DNA from: Methanocaldococcus jannaschii DSM 2661
GTDB lineage: Archaea > AGJL01 > Methanococci > Methanococcales > Methanocaldococcaceae
Reading direction: 5' to 3'
Assembly: GCF_000091665.1 (NCBI RefSeq)
Contig: NC_000909.1
Span: 1-32,000, forward strand
DNA length: 32,000 nt
Each line of letters starts with the position of its first letter. The stretch's first letter is position 1. The notes under the pieces were generated by a model, which worked only from the letters and a program-made list of their open reading frames with translations, was not told the DNA's origin and did not search any database. A program made the position numbers and the translations under genes. Below are positions 17,658-28,017 of this stretch, piece by piece.

Positions 17658-19232
17658 ATGATTTTCAAAAAAAGAAAAGGGCAACTCACATTAGAATTCA
17701 TTTTATTAATTTTAGGTATGACAGTTGTTGGAATTGTTATTACTATGGGATTAGTAGAAAAAAGTCCAATATTTATTGGAGATAAACCATTAGAAGTTAA
17801 AAAAGAAACTATGGGATTGTTCATAAATGAATCGAAATTTAATTTAACAGTTGAAAATACTACAATATCAAATTTAGGTAATAATAATACAGAATCGAAC
17901 AACTCAAATAATGAAACTGGTGGAGGGTATCTTTATATAAGAGTTTCAGGAAGTTCAAAAGGTCTAATAACGAAAGATTTAATAGTATCTGGAGATGCTA
18001 AAGATGTTTCTGGAGACATTTCTAAAACTATAAATAGTAAATGTGTTGAAGAAAATGCTATTGGAGAAGTTTATGGAGATATATATTTAGAAGGTAGTGC
18101 TAATTACAAATTAGGTAATTTATTATGTATAAATAAATTCCAGACATATTTAACTGGTAGCGGAAGCTTAAAAGTATATGTTCCGTATATACAGGAATTC
18201 ATAATAAGGGACAAAAATAGCGGAGAATCTCAAATTGGAGGAAGTGTTTCACTTACTGTGGGTAATACAAATATTAATAGATTTTATGTTGAAAAGATAA
18301 CTGGAGGAGCTAAAGTAAAATTTAAGGACTTTGCTATAAATACATTTGAAACTAATAGTGGTAACTTTGGAGGAGGGGCAGAGACAGTATTTGAAAATGG
18401 ACGAATATCTACAATGAAATTAGGGGATATTGTAAGTGGAGGAAATGTAAAGTTTAAAAACGTAAATATTGGAAATATGATAATAAACAATATGATAGGA
18501 AGCCCAACATTTGAGCTTTCAAATTCAACAATAAACAATATGAAAATAAATAAATTAATTGGCAGCCCAAAAATATTAGTAGAGGATAGTTCAATTATAA
18601 ATTCCTTAGAAACAGACCAATTAGGTGGAAGTGACATTGAAGTTAAAGATGGAAGTATAATAAAAGAAATTACAATACACGGTTCTACCGGAACAAACGG
18701 GAAGATATTTGTTGGATATGGGGGCAAAGTTGAAAAGTTGTTTGTAGAAGGCAATATCAATTCAAGAATTGATCTTAAAGGATTTAGTGGGCTTATAGAT
18801 GTTAGTATTGGAAATATTGCTGGCGGAGGAAAATTATATGTTGATAATGTAATTGGAAATTCAATATCAACAGGAATTATTGGGAACAATAAGGGATTAG
18901 AAATTGAAGATTCAAGTTTGTCAGTTGTGAATATTGAAGGTGTATCAAATTCTGGAAGTGCATTTATTAAAAATACCCTCATATATCAGTTAAAGATTAA
19001 TTCATTACCTGATTGGGGTTCAGATATGACGCTTAATAAAGTTAATATAACAAAATTATCTATTAATGAAATTAGAAATGGAAAACTTACTATTAAAAAT
19101 TCAGAAATTGGTGAGTTGCATATTACTAAAATTTCAGGAAAAGGAAAAATAATTGTAAAAAAGTCTTATGTAAATGGAAAATACTATAAGAAGTTAGTAA
19201 TCAAAAAGAGTAATTATAAGAAATGGAGTTAA
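17658..19232 (+). CDS. Class III signal-peptide (type IV pilin-like) secreted protein with a long beta-helix-like repeat region
   Basis: N-terminus MIFKKRKGQLTLEFILLILGMTVVGIVITMGL has the archaeal KG|QxTxEF processing motif. Roughly 20-residue G/N/S-I-rich repeats run through residues 90-510. Confidence 0.8.
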   Translation: MIFKKRKGQLTLEFILLILGMTVVGIVITMGLVEKSPIFIGDKPLEVKKETMGLFINESKFNLTVENTTISNLGNNNTESNNSNNETGGGYLYIRVSGSSKGLITKDLIVSGDAKDVSGDISKTINSKCVEENAIGEVYGDIYLEGSANYKLGNLLCINKFQTYLTGSGSLKVYVPYIQEFIIRDKNSGESQIGGSVSLTVGNTNINRFYVEKITGGAKVKFKDFAINTFETNSGNFGGGAETVFENGRISTMKLGDIVSGGNVKFKNVNIGNMIINNMIGSPTFELSNSTINNMKINKLIGSPKILVEDSSIINSLETDQLGGSDIEVKDGSIIKEITIHGSTGTNGKIFVGYGGKVEKLFVEGNINSRIDLKGFSGLIDVSIGNIAGGGKLYVDNVIGNSISTGIIGNNKGLEIEDSSLSVVNIEGVSNSGSAFIKNTLIYQLKINSLPDWGSDMTLNKVNITKLSINEIRNGKLTIKNSEIGELHITKISGKGKIIVKKSYVNGKYYKKLVIKKSNYKKWS

Positions 19233-21121
19233 ATCTCCTTTAACTTTTTTCTCAATATATCATTAACTAACTTTCCATCCGCTTTTCCTCTTAGCTTTGC
19301 CATACATCTACCCATTAAAAATCCATAGGCCTTTTCTCCTTTTTCTTTAACCACATTTAAATGTTCTTTAATTATGCCCTCAATAATCTTTTCAACTTCT
19401 TCCTTAGATAATCCTTTTAATCCTTTAATTTCTAAAATCTCATCTATACTTTTATCTGGAAACTCACAAAAGCCTTTTAAAACCTCAACAATTCCCTCTT
19501 TAGCTATCTTACCTTCAGATAGAGCTTTAAAGGTCTCTTCTAAATGTCTATCCTCCAACTTATCAATATCATATCCTTCTCTTTTAATCTCCTTCAATGT
19601 CCCTTCTAAGGTTGTAGCAATTAAAACCGGCTTAACATTCTTAAATTTCTTACATAGATCTTCAAATAAATCAACGTAATAACTTAAAACCATCTTTTTA
19701 GCTAATTCATCATTTAATTTATATTCTTTCTTAAACCTCTCAAACTTCTCCTCTGGAAGTTCTGGCAGATTAGCTCTAATCTCCTCAATAAACTCCTTCT
19801 TTATAATTATTGGTGGGATATCGGTTTCAGGATACATTCTTGCGGCTCCAGGTAGCGGTCTTAGATATGCAGTATTTCCATCCTCTAAAGCCCTTCTTGT
19901 TTCCTCTGGAACTCCTATTAATGCCTCTTTAGCCCTCTCTATTACAGCCTCTAACGCCCTATCTACCTTGCTTTCCTCATCTGCAACAATAATTACAGCA
20001 TCATTTTCTTCTGCATTAACAAACTCTTTAAGTTTTTTAACTTCCTCCTCTGTAATACCATATTTTGGCAACTCATCAGTGTGGAAAAGCCCTCCAACGC
20101 CAGCTATAACCTTGGCCCTATCTGAAAATTCAGTTCCTAATCTTCTTCCTGGCTGAATCTCTTTTCCAACTAAACCAGCAAATCCTTTTAATAAAACTGC
20201 CTTAACCTTTCCATTCTTTTTCTTTAAAGCATTTTGTATAATTTTTGATTTACAGTCTTTAAATATCTCTGTAACATCAAATATCTTCTCAACAACCTCT
20301 GCATTTCTTTCTCTTAATTCATCTCTAATCTTTAATAAGTTTAGTTGCCTTATAACTTCATTCTCTACAACCTTTTCAATTAAATCTAAGTCTTGAACTC
20401 CCTTAACCTCTATTCTTGCTCCATCTTTAATTGATATGTTTATATCCTGCCTTATAGTCCCTAAACCTCTCTTAACCTTTCCAGTGGCTCTTAATATCTC
20501 TCCAATTCTTCTTGCTGCCTCTTTAGCCATCTTTGGAGTCTTTATGTCGGGAGCTGTTGAAATCTCAACCAATGGAATTCCCAACCTATCTAAGTTATAA
20601 ACAACTGCATCCCCTCTATCTTCTATCTTTCTTGCAGCATCTTCCTCTAAACATAAGCTTGTTATTCCTACTTTTCCCTCAGATGTTTCTATATATCCAT
20701 CTCTTGCTAAAAATATGGTTCTTTGAAATCCAGAAGTGTTTGAACCGTCAATAACTATCTTTCTCATTGTGTATGCAACATCAACCACGTTCATATTCAT
20801 CAATAAAGCAACCTCTAACGCTATCCTTAAAGCCTCTTCACTTGGTGGATGTGGAGGTTCTTCATCCAACTCAACCAAACATGTTGTGTCATTATAAAAT
20901 TGATAAATGAATTTCTTCCCTTTCCTTGCCTCTATTAAAGCAGCTCTATCAACTTCTCCCATTTCACTTAATGAAGGTCTTAAAACTCTAACAATCTCTC
21001 CATCTGGTTCATCATCTCTTAAAATTGTTGGACAGTGGCAGAATAACTTTCTCTTTGTATTTAACTGTTGATGAATTTCTAACCCAACCTTTAAACCAAC
21101 TTTTTCATAGTTAATCTCCAT
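19229..21121 (-). CDS. gatE: Glu-tRNA(Gln) amidotransferase subunit E
   Basis: GLEIHQQLNTKRKLFCHCPT, PHPPSEEALRIALE, LPLPGAARMYPETDIPPI-type GatB/E motifs, and a C-terminal YqeY-like domain. Confidence 0.97.
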   Translation of the reverse strand: MEINYEKVGLKVGLEIHQQLNTKRKLFCHCPTILRDDEPDGEIVRVLRPSLSEMGEVDRAALIEARKGKKFIYQFYNDTTCLVELDEEPPHPPSEEALRIALEVALLMNMNVVDVAYTMRKIVIDGSNTSGFQRTIFLARDGYIETSEGKVGITSLCLEEDAARKIEDRGDAVVYNLDRLGIPLVEISTAPDIKTPKMAKEAARRIGEILRATGKVKRGLGTIRQDINISIKDGARIEVKGVQDLDLIEKVVENEVIRQLNLLKIRDELRERNAEVVEKIFDVTEIFKDCKSKIIQNALKKKNGKVKAVLLKGFAGLVGKEIQPGRRLGTEFSDRAKVIAGVGGLFHTDELPKYGITEEEVKKLKEFVNAEENDAVIIVADEESKVDRALEAVIERAKEALIGVPEETRRALEDGNTAYLRPLPGAARMYPETDIPPIIIKKEFIEEIRANLPELPEEKFERFKKEYKLNDELAKKMVLSYYVDLFEDLCKKFKNVKPVLIATTLEGTLKEIKREGYDIDKLEDRHLEETFKALSEGKIAKEGIVEVLKGFCEFPDKSIDEILEIKGLKGLSKEEVEKIIEGIIKEHLNVVKEKGEKAYGFLMGRCMAKLRGKADGKLVNDILRKKLKEI

Positions 21122-21147
21122 GTTATCACCAAATTAATTTGTTATTA

Positions 21148-22401
21148 TTAGTATGCATCAAATCTGCTCCTATATTCAATCTCCCCAACCAAATTCTTAT
21201 TAATTAATTTTTTAACTTCCTCTGGCTCATAATTTCCTAAGAGATACATTAATTTAACCAATGCAACTTCTGGAGGCATATCTTCACAACCAATAACTCC
21301 TAATTTTTGTAATTCTCTTCCATTTGAATAGACGTTCATATTTACTCTTCCATTGATTGTTTGAGTAGTCATTACAACAACTACTCCTTTATCAGTTGCA
21401 TACTTTATGTGTTCAAATATATACTCTGGGGCATGACCTAAACCCGTCCCTTCTAAGACAATCCCTTTATACTCTTTATCAACATAGAATCTAATAATTT
21501 CCCCATCCATTCCAGGATATACTTTTATTAAAGCCACTTTTTCTTCTAAGTTTGTGTTTATCTCTACCTTTTTGCTGTTATCTGATTTTTCAACTTCCTG
21601 CAAATAGATGATTTCCTTTGTAAATGGGTTTATCTTAGCTACTGGAATTGAATTTATAGATTTAAATGCATCTCTTCTTGATGAATGGCATTTCCTAACT
21701 TTAACTCCCTTATGTAGATAGCAAAATGTATCTCCACTCTCCCCATGCATTACTACATAAACTCCTTTAATTGGTTCTCTTGCAGCTAAAACAGCACTTA
21801 TTAAGTTTAGAGCAGCATCTGATGAAGGTCTGTCACTACTTCTCTGAGCTCCAACCAAAATTATTGGGACATCAGCTTTAACCATAAATGAGAGAGCTGA
21901 AGCTGTATAGCTCATAGTGTCTGTTCCATGGGCAATAACAATTCCATCAGCTCCCTCTTCTATCTCTTTTTTTATCTCTTCAGCAATCTTTCTCCAATAC
22001 TCTGGTTTCATATTTTCGCTTAATATGTTCATTACAGCCCTTCCTTTTATGTTGGCAATGTCTAAAAGCTCTGGTACAGCCCTAATTAAATCATCTGCTG
22101 TAAAAGAAGGATGAACAGCTCCTGTTTTATAATCAACCTTTGAAGCTACTGTCCCTCCAGTGGATAAAATAGAGATTGTTTTTAATTTTTCATTTTTTTC
22201 AATGTTTAATGGAGGTAGTTCATACTTTGGCTTTTCTCCTTTAGCAATAATCTCAATATTTTTTACATTTTCTTTTAATATTCCAACGTTATAACCGTTT
22301 TTCATCTTTATTGTAATGATATTTTCGTTAGTTGATGGCAATAAGATACCTTCAAAAATCCCTTTGTCTGTCTCTACCCTTATAACATCTCCAACATTCA
22401 T
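21148..22401 (-). CDS. gatD: Glu-tRNA(Gln) amidotransferase subunit D (asparaginase-like)
   Basis: [27 protein letters not shown]; [17 protein letters not shown]; [21 protein letters not shown]. Confidence 0.97.
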
Positions 22402-22525
22402 CGTTCCACCTTAAAAACTGATTCTTAGAGATTGTTATAGATTAGGGTATAAAAATTATAAAAAGATAGCTATCATATAAATTTTTATATTTAAATATAT
22501 AAATTAATATTTGCAAAATAAAAAG

Positions 22526-22585
22526 TGGCGTCAGTTCGCCCATCAATCATCATAGCTCAGCAGCTACTCCGTTCATCATCCGCCA
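22526..22585 (-). ncRNA. C/D box sRNA (2'-O-methylation guide)
   Basis: On the minus strand: stem TGGCG, C box gATGATGA, 12-nt guide acggagtagctg, D' box CTGA, C' box aTGATGA, 12-nt guide ttgatgggcgaa, D box CTGA, stem CGCCA. Confidence 0.9.
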
Positions 22586-22627
22586 TAAATATATTAAGTA
22601 GCTTTAAGTATATATACTTACCTCAAT

Positions 22628-22646
22628 AGGACTTCGCAGGAATAAA
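22628..22646 (+). repeat. Partial copy of a repeat motif, aggacttcgcaggaataaa
   Basis: Nearly identical to aggactttcgcaggaataaa at 31126-31145 in the element upstream of frhD. Confidence 0.5.
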
Positions 22647-22761
22647 ATCTTTAAAGGAAAGTTTAACAGGTTGAATGCAATTTAAATATATTAAGGAACT
22701 TTGAAGCTTTTGGCTTCATCTATCCAATAATAAATTACTATTCAATATTTACGGTGAAAAC

Positions 22762-23889
22762 ATGAATGTTGAAGAGATTGAAAAATATTTGGAAGAAAAT
22801 TTTGATAAATTGCCAGAGGGATGTAAGCAGTGTGTTAAAGGGGGAAAATTAGTTTTATTCATCACAGGAATTTGTAATAACAACTGCTACTACTGTCCTT
22901 TATCTGAAAAGAGAAAGAATAAAGATGTAATATATGCCAATGAGAGGTTAATAACTACCGTTGAAGAGGCTATAGAAGAGGCAAAGCTCTGCAGTAGTAA
23001 GGGAGTAGGAATAACAGGAGGTAATCCTTTATTAAAAATAAATAGAACTGTAAAATTCTTAAAAGCACTAAAAAAAGAGTTTGATGAATTTCATGCTCAT
23101 CTATATACAACTCCGGAAACAGTAAATGAAGAGAACTTAAAACTTCTAAAAGAGGCAGATTTAGATGAGATAAGGCTACATCCAACAAAAATATTCAATG
23201 AAGGATATGATGAAGAATATATAAAGTTTTTATGTAATAAATTGAACTTATGCAACAAATACATTGAAGATGTTGGGGTTGAAATTCCAGCAATCCCAAA
23301 TATGGAAAATGAAATTTTAAAGTTAGCTGAGGCAATTGATGGAATAGCCAAATTTATGAATATCAATGAGCTTGAGTTTTCTGAGGAAAATTATCATGAA
23401 TTAGAGAAGAGAGGTTTTATGCCAAAGGATGATGTAAGTAATGCAATTGCTGGCAGTGAAGAAACAGCTTTAAAAGTTATAAAAGAATTTAAAGGTGATT
23501 TATTCATTAACTACTGCCCATCAGTTTTAAAAGATGCCATACAGATGAGAAATAGATTAATAAATAGAGCTAAGAATGTAGCTAAGCCTTATGAGGTTAT
23601 AACTGAAGATGGCTTACTATTGAGAGGCATTATGATTTTTGACAATGAGGATGATTTAAAGGAAATGGCTGAGATTTTGGAAGAGAATGAGATAGAGTTT
23701 GAAATTATTGATAAAAATATATGCTTAAATCCATTTATATTAGAGGATATTATTGAAGAGATGAAAAGGCAGAGGTTTCCTATAACATTCTCAGCTTATA
23801 TCTCAGAACTCTACCCTACAGCTGATGCTTTAGAAGTAGAGAGAATCCCATTAATAACTAAAAAACTAAAGTTTAGGAGAAGAAGATAG
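22762..23889 (+). CDS. Radical SAM protein of unknown substrate
   Basis: FITGICNNNCYYCPLSEKRKN contains CxxxCxxC; GVGITGGNPLLKINRTVKFLKAL is a GGNP/SAM-binding-like segment. Confidence 0.88.
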   Translation: MNVEEIEKYLEENFDKLPEGCKQCVKGGKLVLFITGICNNNCYYCPLSEKRKNKDVIYANERLITTVEEAIEEAKLCSSKGVGITGGNPLLKINRTVKFLKALKKEFDEFHAHLYTTPETVNEENLKLLKEADLDEIRLHPTKIFNEGYDEEYIKFLCNKLNLCNKYIEDVGVEIPAIPNMENEILKLAEAIDGIAKFMNINELEFSEENYHELEKRGFMPKDDVSNAIAGSEETALKVIKEFKGDLFINYCPSVLKDAIQMRNRLINRAKNVAKPYEVITEDGLLLRGIMIFDNEDDLKEMAEILEENEIEFEIIDKNICLNPFILEDIIEEMKRQRFPITFSAYISELYPTADALEVERIPLITKKLKFRRRR

Positions 23890-23983
23890 TTTTTTGCAAA
23901 AGTTATTAAAATTACTAAGGTTATTTGAACGCCAAAGGCGTTCATTTCTTCATTAATACTCAAAATGTTTTGCAAAAAACTAT
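23886..23983. repeat. MITE-like or terminator-like element: 16-bp perfect inverted repeats with a central hairpin
   Basis: ATAGTTTTTTGCAAAA (23886-23901) and TTTTGCAAAAAACTAT (23968-23983); internal TGAACGCC-AAA-GGCGTTCA (23926-23944). Confidence 0.75.
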
Positions 23984-24002
23984 AAAAAGATAATGGGAGA
24001 TT

Positions 24003-25091
24003 ATGATTTATGATTTCAGGAAAAAATCAAAATTTGGCTACACTACTGGCTCATGTGCTGCTGCTGGGGCTTATTCTGCATTATATTATTTAAAATTTGG
24101 AAAAAAACTTAGTTATGTTGAGATTGAGAATTTAAATGGTGATAAATTAATTATTCCAATAGAAAAAATTGAAAAATGTGGAAATAAAGCTAAAGCAGTG
24201 GTTATTAAAGATGCTGGAGGGGATATAGATATAACAAACGGAATTGAAATTATTACTGAAGTGGAGTTAAAAAAAGGAAAAAAGGATGTTATTATCAAAG
24301 GTGGAGAAGGGGTTGGAATAGTTACAAAGAATGGCTTGCAGGTAAAGAAAGGAGAGCCAGCTATAAATCCAAAACCAAGAGAGATGATTAGAAACAACCT
24401 TTTAAAATTGTTAAATGATGATGAAGTTGTAGAGGTAACAATCTCTATCCCAAAAGGAAAAGAACTTGCTAAAAAAACACTAAATCCAAAACTTGGAATT
24501 GTTGGTGGATTATCTATATTGGGAACAACTGGAATTGTTAGACCAATGTCAAATGAAGCATATATGAACTCTTTAGCTCCACAAATAGATGTTGCATTAG
24601 CAAATGGCTATAAGAGATTAATTTTTGTTCCTGGAAATATTGGAACTAAATATGCTAAACAACTTTTAAATGCTAATGATGATGAGATTATTGAGGTTTC
24701 AAACTTTTGGGGATTTATGCTTGATAAAGCTAAAGAAAAAGGTGTTGAGGAGATTTTAATCTTTGGACATGCTGGAAAAATAATTAAGTTGGCGGGGGGG
24801 ATATATAATACTCATTCAAAGGTAGCTGATTGTAGAAATGAGATATTAGCAGCTTATTCGTCTCTATTTATTGATGACAAAGAGGCGATAAAAAAAATTT
24901 TATATTCAAATACAACAGAGGAAGTTATTAAAATTTTAGAGGAAAAAGGAGTTTTAAATGATGTGTTCAATTTTATAGCTAAAAGAGTTGTTGAAAGGTT
25001 AAGTGAAAGATGGAAGGGTATAAAATTCAGCTGTATAATTATAAATATGAAAGGGGAGGTTTTAGGAAGTTATATATGGAATAAAAAATAA
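24003..25091 (+). CDS. cbiD: Cobalt-precorrin-5B C1-methyltransferase
   Basis: FGYTTGSCAAAGAYSALYYL, INPKPREMIRNNL, GGLSILGTTGIVRPMS and FVPGNIGTKYAK are CbiD signatures. Confidence 0.96.
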   Translation: MIYDFRKKSKFGYTTGSCAAAGAYSALYYLKFGKKLSYVEIENLNGDKLIIPIEKIEKCGNKAKAVVIKDAGGDIDITNGIEIITEVELKKGKKDVIIKGGEGVGIVTKNGLQVKKGEPAINPKPREMIRNNLLKLLNDDEVVEVTISIPKGKELAKKTLNPKLGIVGGLSILGTTGIVRPMSNEAYMNSLAPQIDVALANGYKRLIFVPGNIGTKYAKQLLNANDDEIIEVSNFWGFMLDKAKEKGVEEILIFGHAGKIIKLAGGIYNTHSKVADCRNEILAAYSSLFIDDKEAIKKILYSNTTEEVIKILEEKGVLNDVFNFIAKRVVERLSERWKGIKFSCIIINMKGEVLGSYIWNKK

Positions 25092-25259
25092 TTAAACATT
25101 AACAATGAACACAAAAAAGTAATCTTGAAGAATGTAGGGGTATTATGACAGTTGCCTATGCTAAGTTGTATGAGATTATTCATAAAAATGTTAAAGATAA
25201 AAGATTAATGAAATACTGAATACGGAAAAGAGGATAAATATGAGAAAAGCTAAGAGGCA

Positions 25260-25347
25260 TCACCGAACATAGTGAGGTGAGTAATGAAATCCATAAGGAT
25301 TTCATCTGATTATCGAGCGAAGCGAGATAATGCATCATGTTTTGATG
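25260..25347 (+). repeat. Cluster of adjacent short palindromes overlapping the ORF start
   Basis: TCACC/GGTGA (25260-25280); ATGAAATCC-ATAA-GGATTTCAT (25284-25305); ATTATC-GA-GC-GAA-GC-GA-GATAAT (25309-25331); CATCA-TGTTT-TGATG (25333-25347). Confidence 0.75.
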
Positions 25348-25640
25348 AAACTTTTTTGAAAAGTTTCGCAGAGGAATTGTATAATGCAATTATTGAGATT
25401 ATCAAAGAAAATAAAACTATTATTAAAAATGAAGTTAGAGATGAGTTAAGGAACGAATTGGCTACAAAAGAAGATATTTTATTGGTAGAAGAAAGATTGG
25501 GGAAAAAAATTGAATTATTAAATCAAAAAATTGAAAGAGAAATAAAATTAGTTAGGAGGGATATGATAATAATTAATTTAGTTATAATTTTAGCTATGTA
25601 TGCTCCTGAGATTATTGGGAAACTTTTAATTTTTAGATAG
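25284..25640 (+). CDS. Small coiled-coil protein with C-terminal transmembrane helix; N-terminus encoded by palindromic DNA
   Basis: LATKEDILLVEERLGKKIELLNQKIEREIKLVRRDMIIINLVIILAMYAPEIIGKLL: heptads followed by a hydrophobic anchor. Confidence 0.65.
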   Translation: MKSIRISSDYRAKRDNASCFDETFLKSFAEELYNAIIEIIKENKTIIKNEVRDELRNELATKEDILLVEERLGKKIELLNQKIEREIKLVRRDMIIINLVIILAMYAPEIIGKLLIFR

Positions 25641-25685
25641 AAAATATAATTATATTGTATATTTTATTTTTCATCCCTCTATGGC

Positions 25686-26105
25686 TCATAAATCAACTAT
25701 ATATCTAATCTTCCATCCATCTTCTTCTTGTTTAATTTCCATTTTATGATAGGTTACTGCTTTAACCTCCTCTTTTATATTATGTTTTTCTTTGTTTATC
25801 TTTTCTCCGTAAGCAGTACATTTTAACCTGTAGCCATTATCATTTTTTTCAATTTTTACATCGAAGTCATTAAAAACCAGATTTTCAACATCAGTATAAA
25901 AAAGTAACTCATTTAGAAAATTGTATAAGAGCTCTTCCAAATCTTCTCCTGTTATTTCAAACTCTATTTTTTCTTTTTTATCAACTTTATCAATATCTAC
26001 CATAATATTGTAAAGTCCCTTAGCTCCTTCTTTAAATGCCTCTTCTAAACTCTTTCCTTTTGCTTCAACACCCAAATCAGCAGTAGTTTCAAAATAATTA
26101 AACAT
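25686..26105 (-). CDS. Archease (RNA ligase cofactor/chaperone family)
   Basis: [31 protein letters not shown]; ALTYHKM-like [11 protein letters not shown]; DVENLVF. Typical archease. Confidence 0.93.
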
Positions 26106-27122
26106 TTAAACCACCTCAATAGTAAATCCATTGCAATTATTTTCTTTATATTCTTTAATCTCAAAATCTACATCCAAAAAGTGTTTAACAACCCACATGT
26201 TTGTTTTTGTATGATTGGTTATCTCTGAAACCCCCACTATTCCTTTACCAAAAGCTAAGAATGGGATTATTTGGTCTCCCATATATTTATCTAAAGCCAT
26301 CCCACTTTCCCTCTCCTTTAATAACTCATTAACCGCCCTTTCAGCAACAATCTCCGCCCTTAACCCTTTCTCTCCTAAACAACTTCCCCCTAAAGTATCG
26401 TTCCATAAAACTATCCCTGCTCCAGTAGAAATACCCTTTGAACATTCTATTTTTATATTGGGCAGAAGTTTTTCTTTGTTTAATAAATCAACTGCCTTTT
26501 TTCTCATTCTTCTTGCTATACTCTCATCTAAATTTTGCACATAGCTAATTCCTTCAACTAAGTTACTTTTAGAATGTTCTATTAAATCAAATTTTTTAAT
26601 TTTTGAAGGCTTTACTTCAAAAATAACCTCTCCTCCGCCTTCTGGATAAAATCCTCTTTTTAAAACTTTTAGCTCTGTCAATACTCCAAAATTTCTAAGA
26701 ATTTTTAAGGTTACATTTTTTACATAATCAATTGGTGGGGCTCTTTTGACATCAGTCCCTCCCTTTATTTTTACAGTGAATTTTTTGTTAATTCCTAATG
26801 ATAATGGGAGGAGAGTTTGTATAACCAAAGATATGCTCCCAGCAGTTCCAATATCAATTGTAAAATCCTTTGGAGATAATTTTGAAGGTATAAAAGTTAA
26901 TTCTTCTGAGCCAACGTTTAATCCAAAAACTTCAGCATTGCAAAGCTTTTTTACTGCTTTAACTGCAGATACATGTTGAGGAGCTAAACCTTTATTCTTT
27001 CTCTTTTTCCTTATGTTAATAATTTTTACTGGTTTTTGAGTTAAAGCTGATAAAGAAACAGCAGTTCTTATAATCTGCCCTCCTCCTTCTAAGTAACTTC
27101 CATCAATAACAATAAAATCCAT
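26106..27122 (-). CDS. rtcA: RNA 3'-terminal phosphate cyclase
   Basis: [50 protein letters not shown]; [12 protein letters not shown]; catalytic region [13 protein letters not shown]. Confidence 0.97.
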
Positions 27123-27133
27123 CTCATCACCAA

Positions 27134-27961
<828 letters not shown>

Positions 27962-27982
27962 TTATTATTTAATAAGGTATTG

Positions 27983-28005
27983 ATAAAAGCCCAAAGGGCT
28001 TTTAT
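27983..28005. repeat. Micro-hairpin ATAAAAGCCC-AAA-GGGCTTTTAT
   Basis: Perfect 10-bp arms with an AAA triloop, between two genes. Confidence 0.85.
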
Positions 28006-28017
28006 ATTACTTCCTAT

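Noticed and set aside
17615-18982. Antisense ORFs 17615-17902 and 18284-18982 (232 aa) opposite the pilin-like gene.
   Set aside because: They are composition-driven shadows of the G/N-rich repeats. The plus-strand frame has a signal peptide and regular repeats, while the antisense protein has none.
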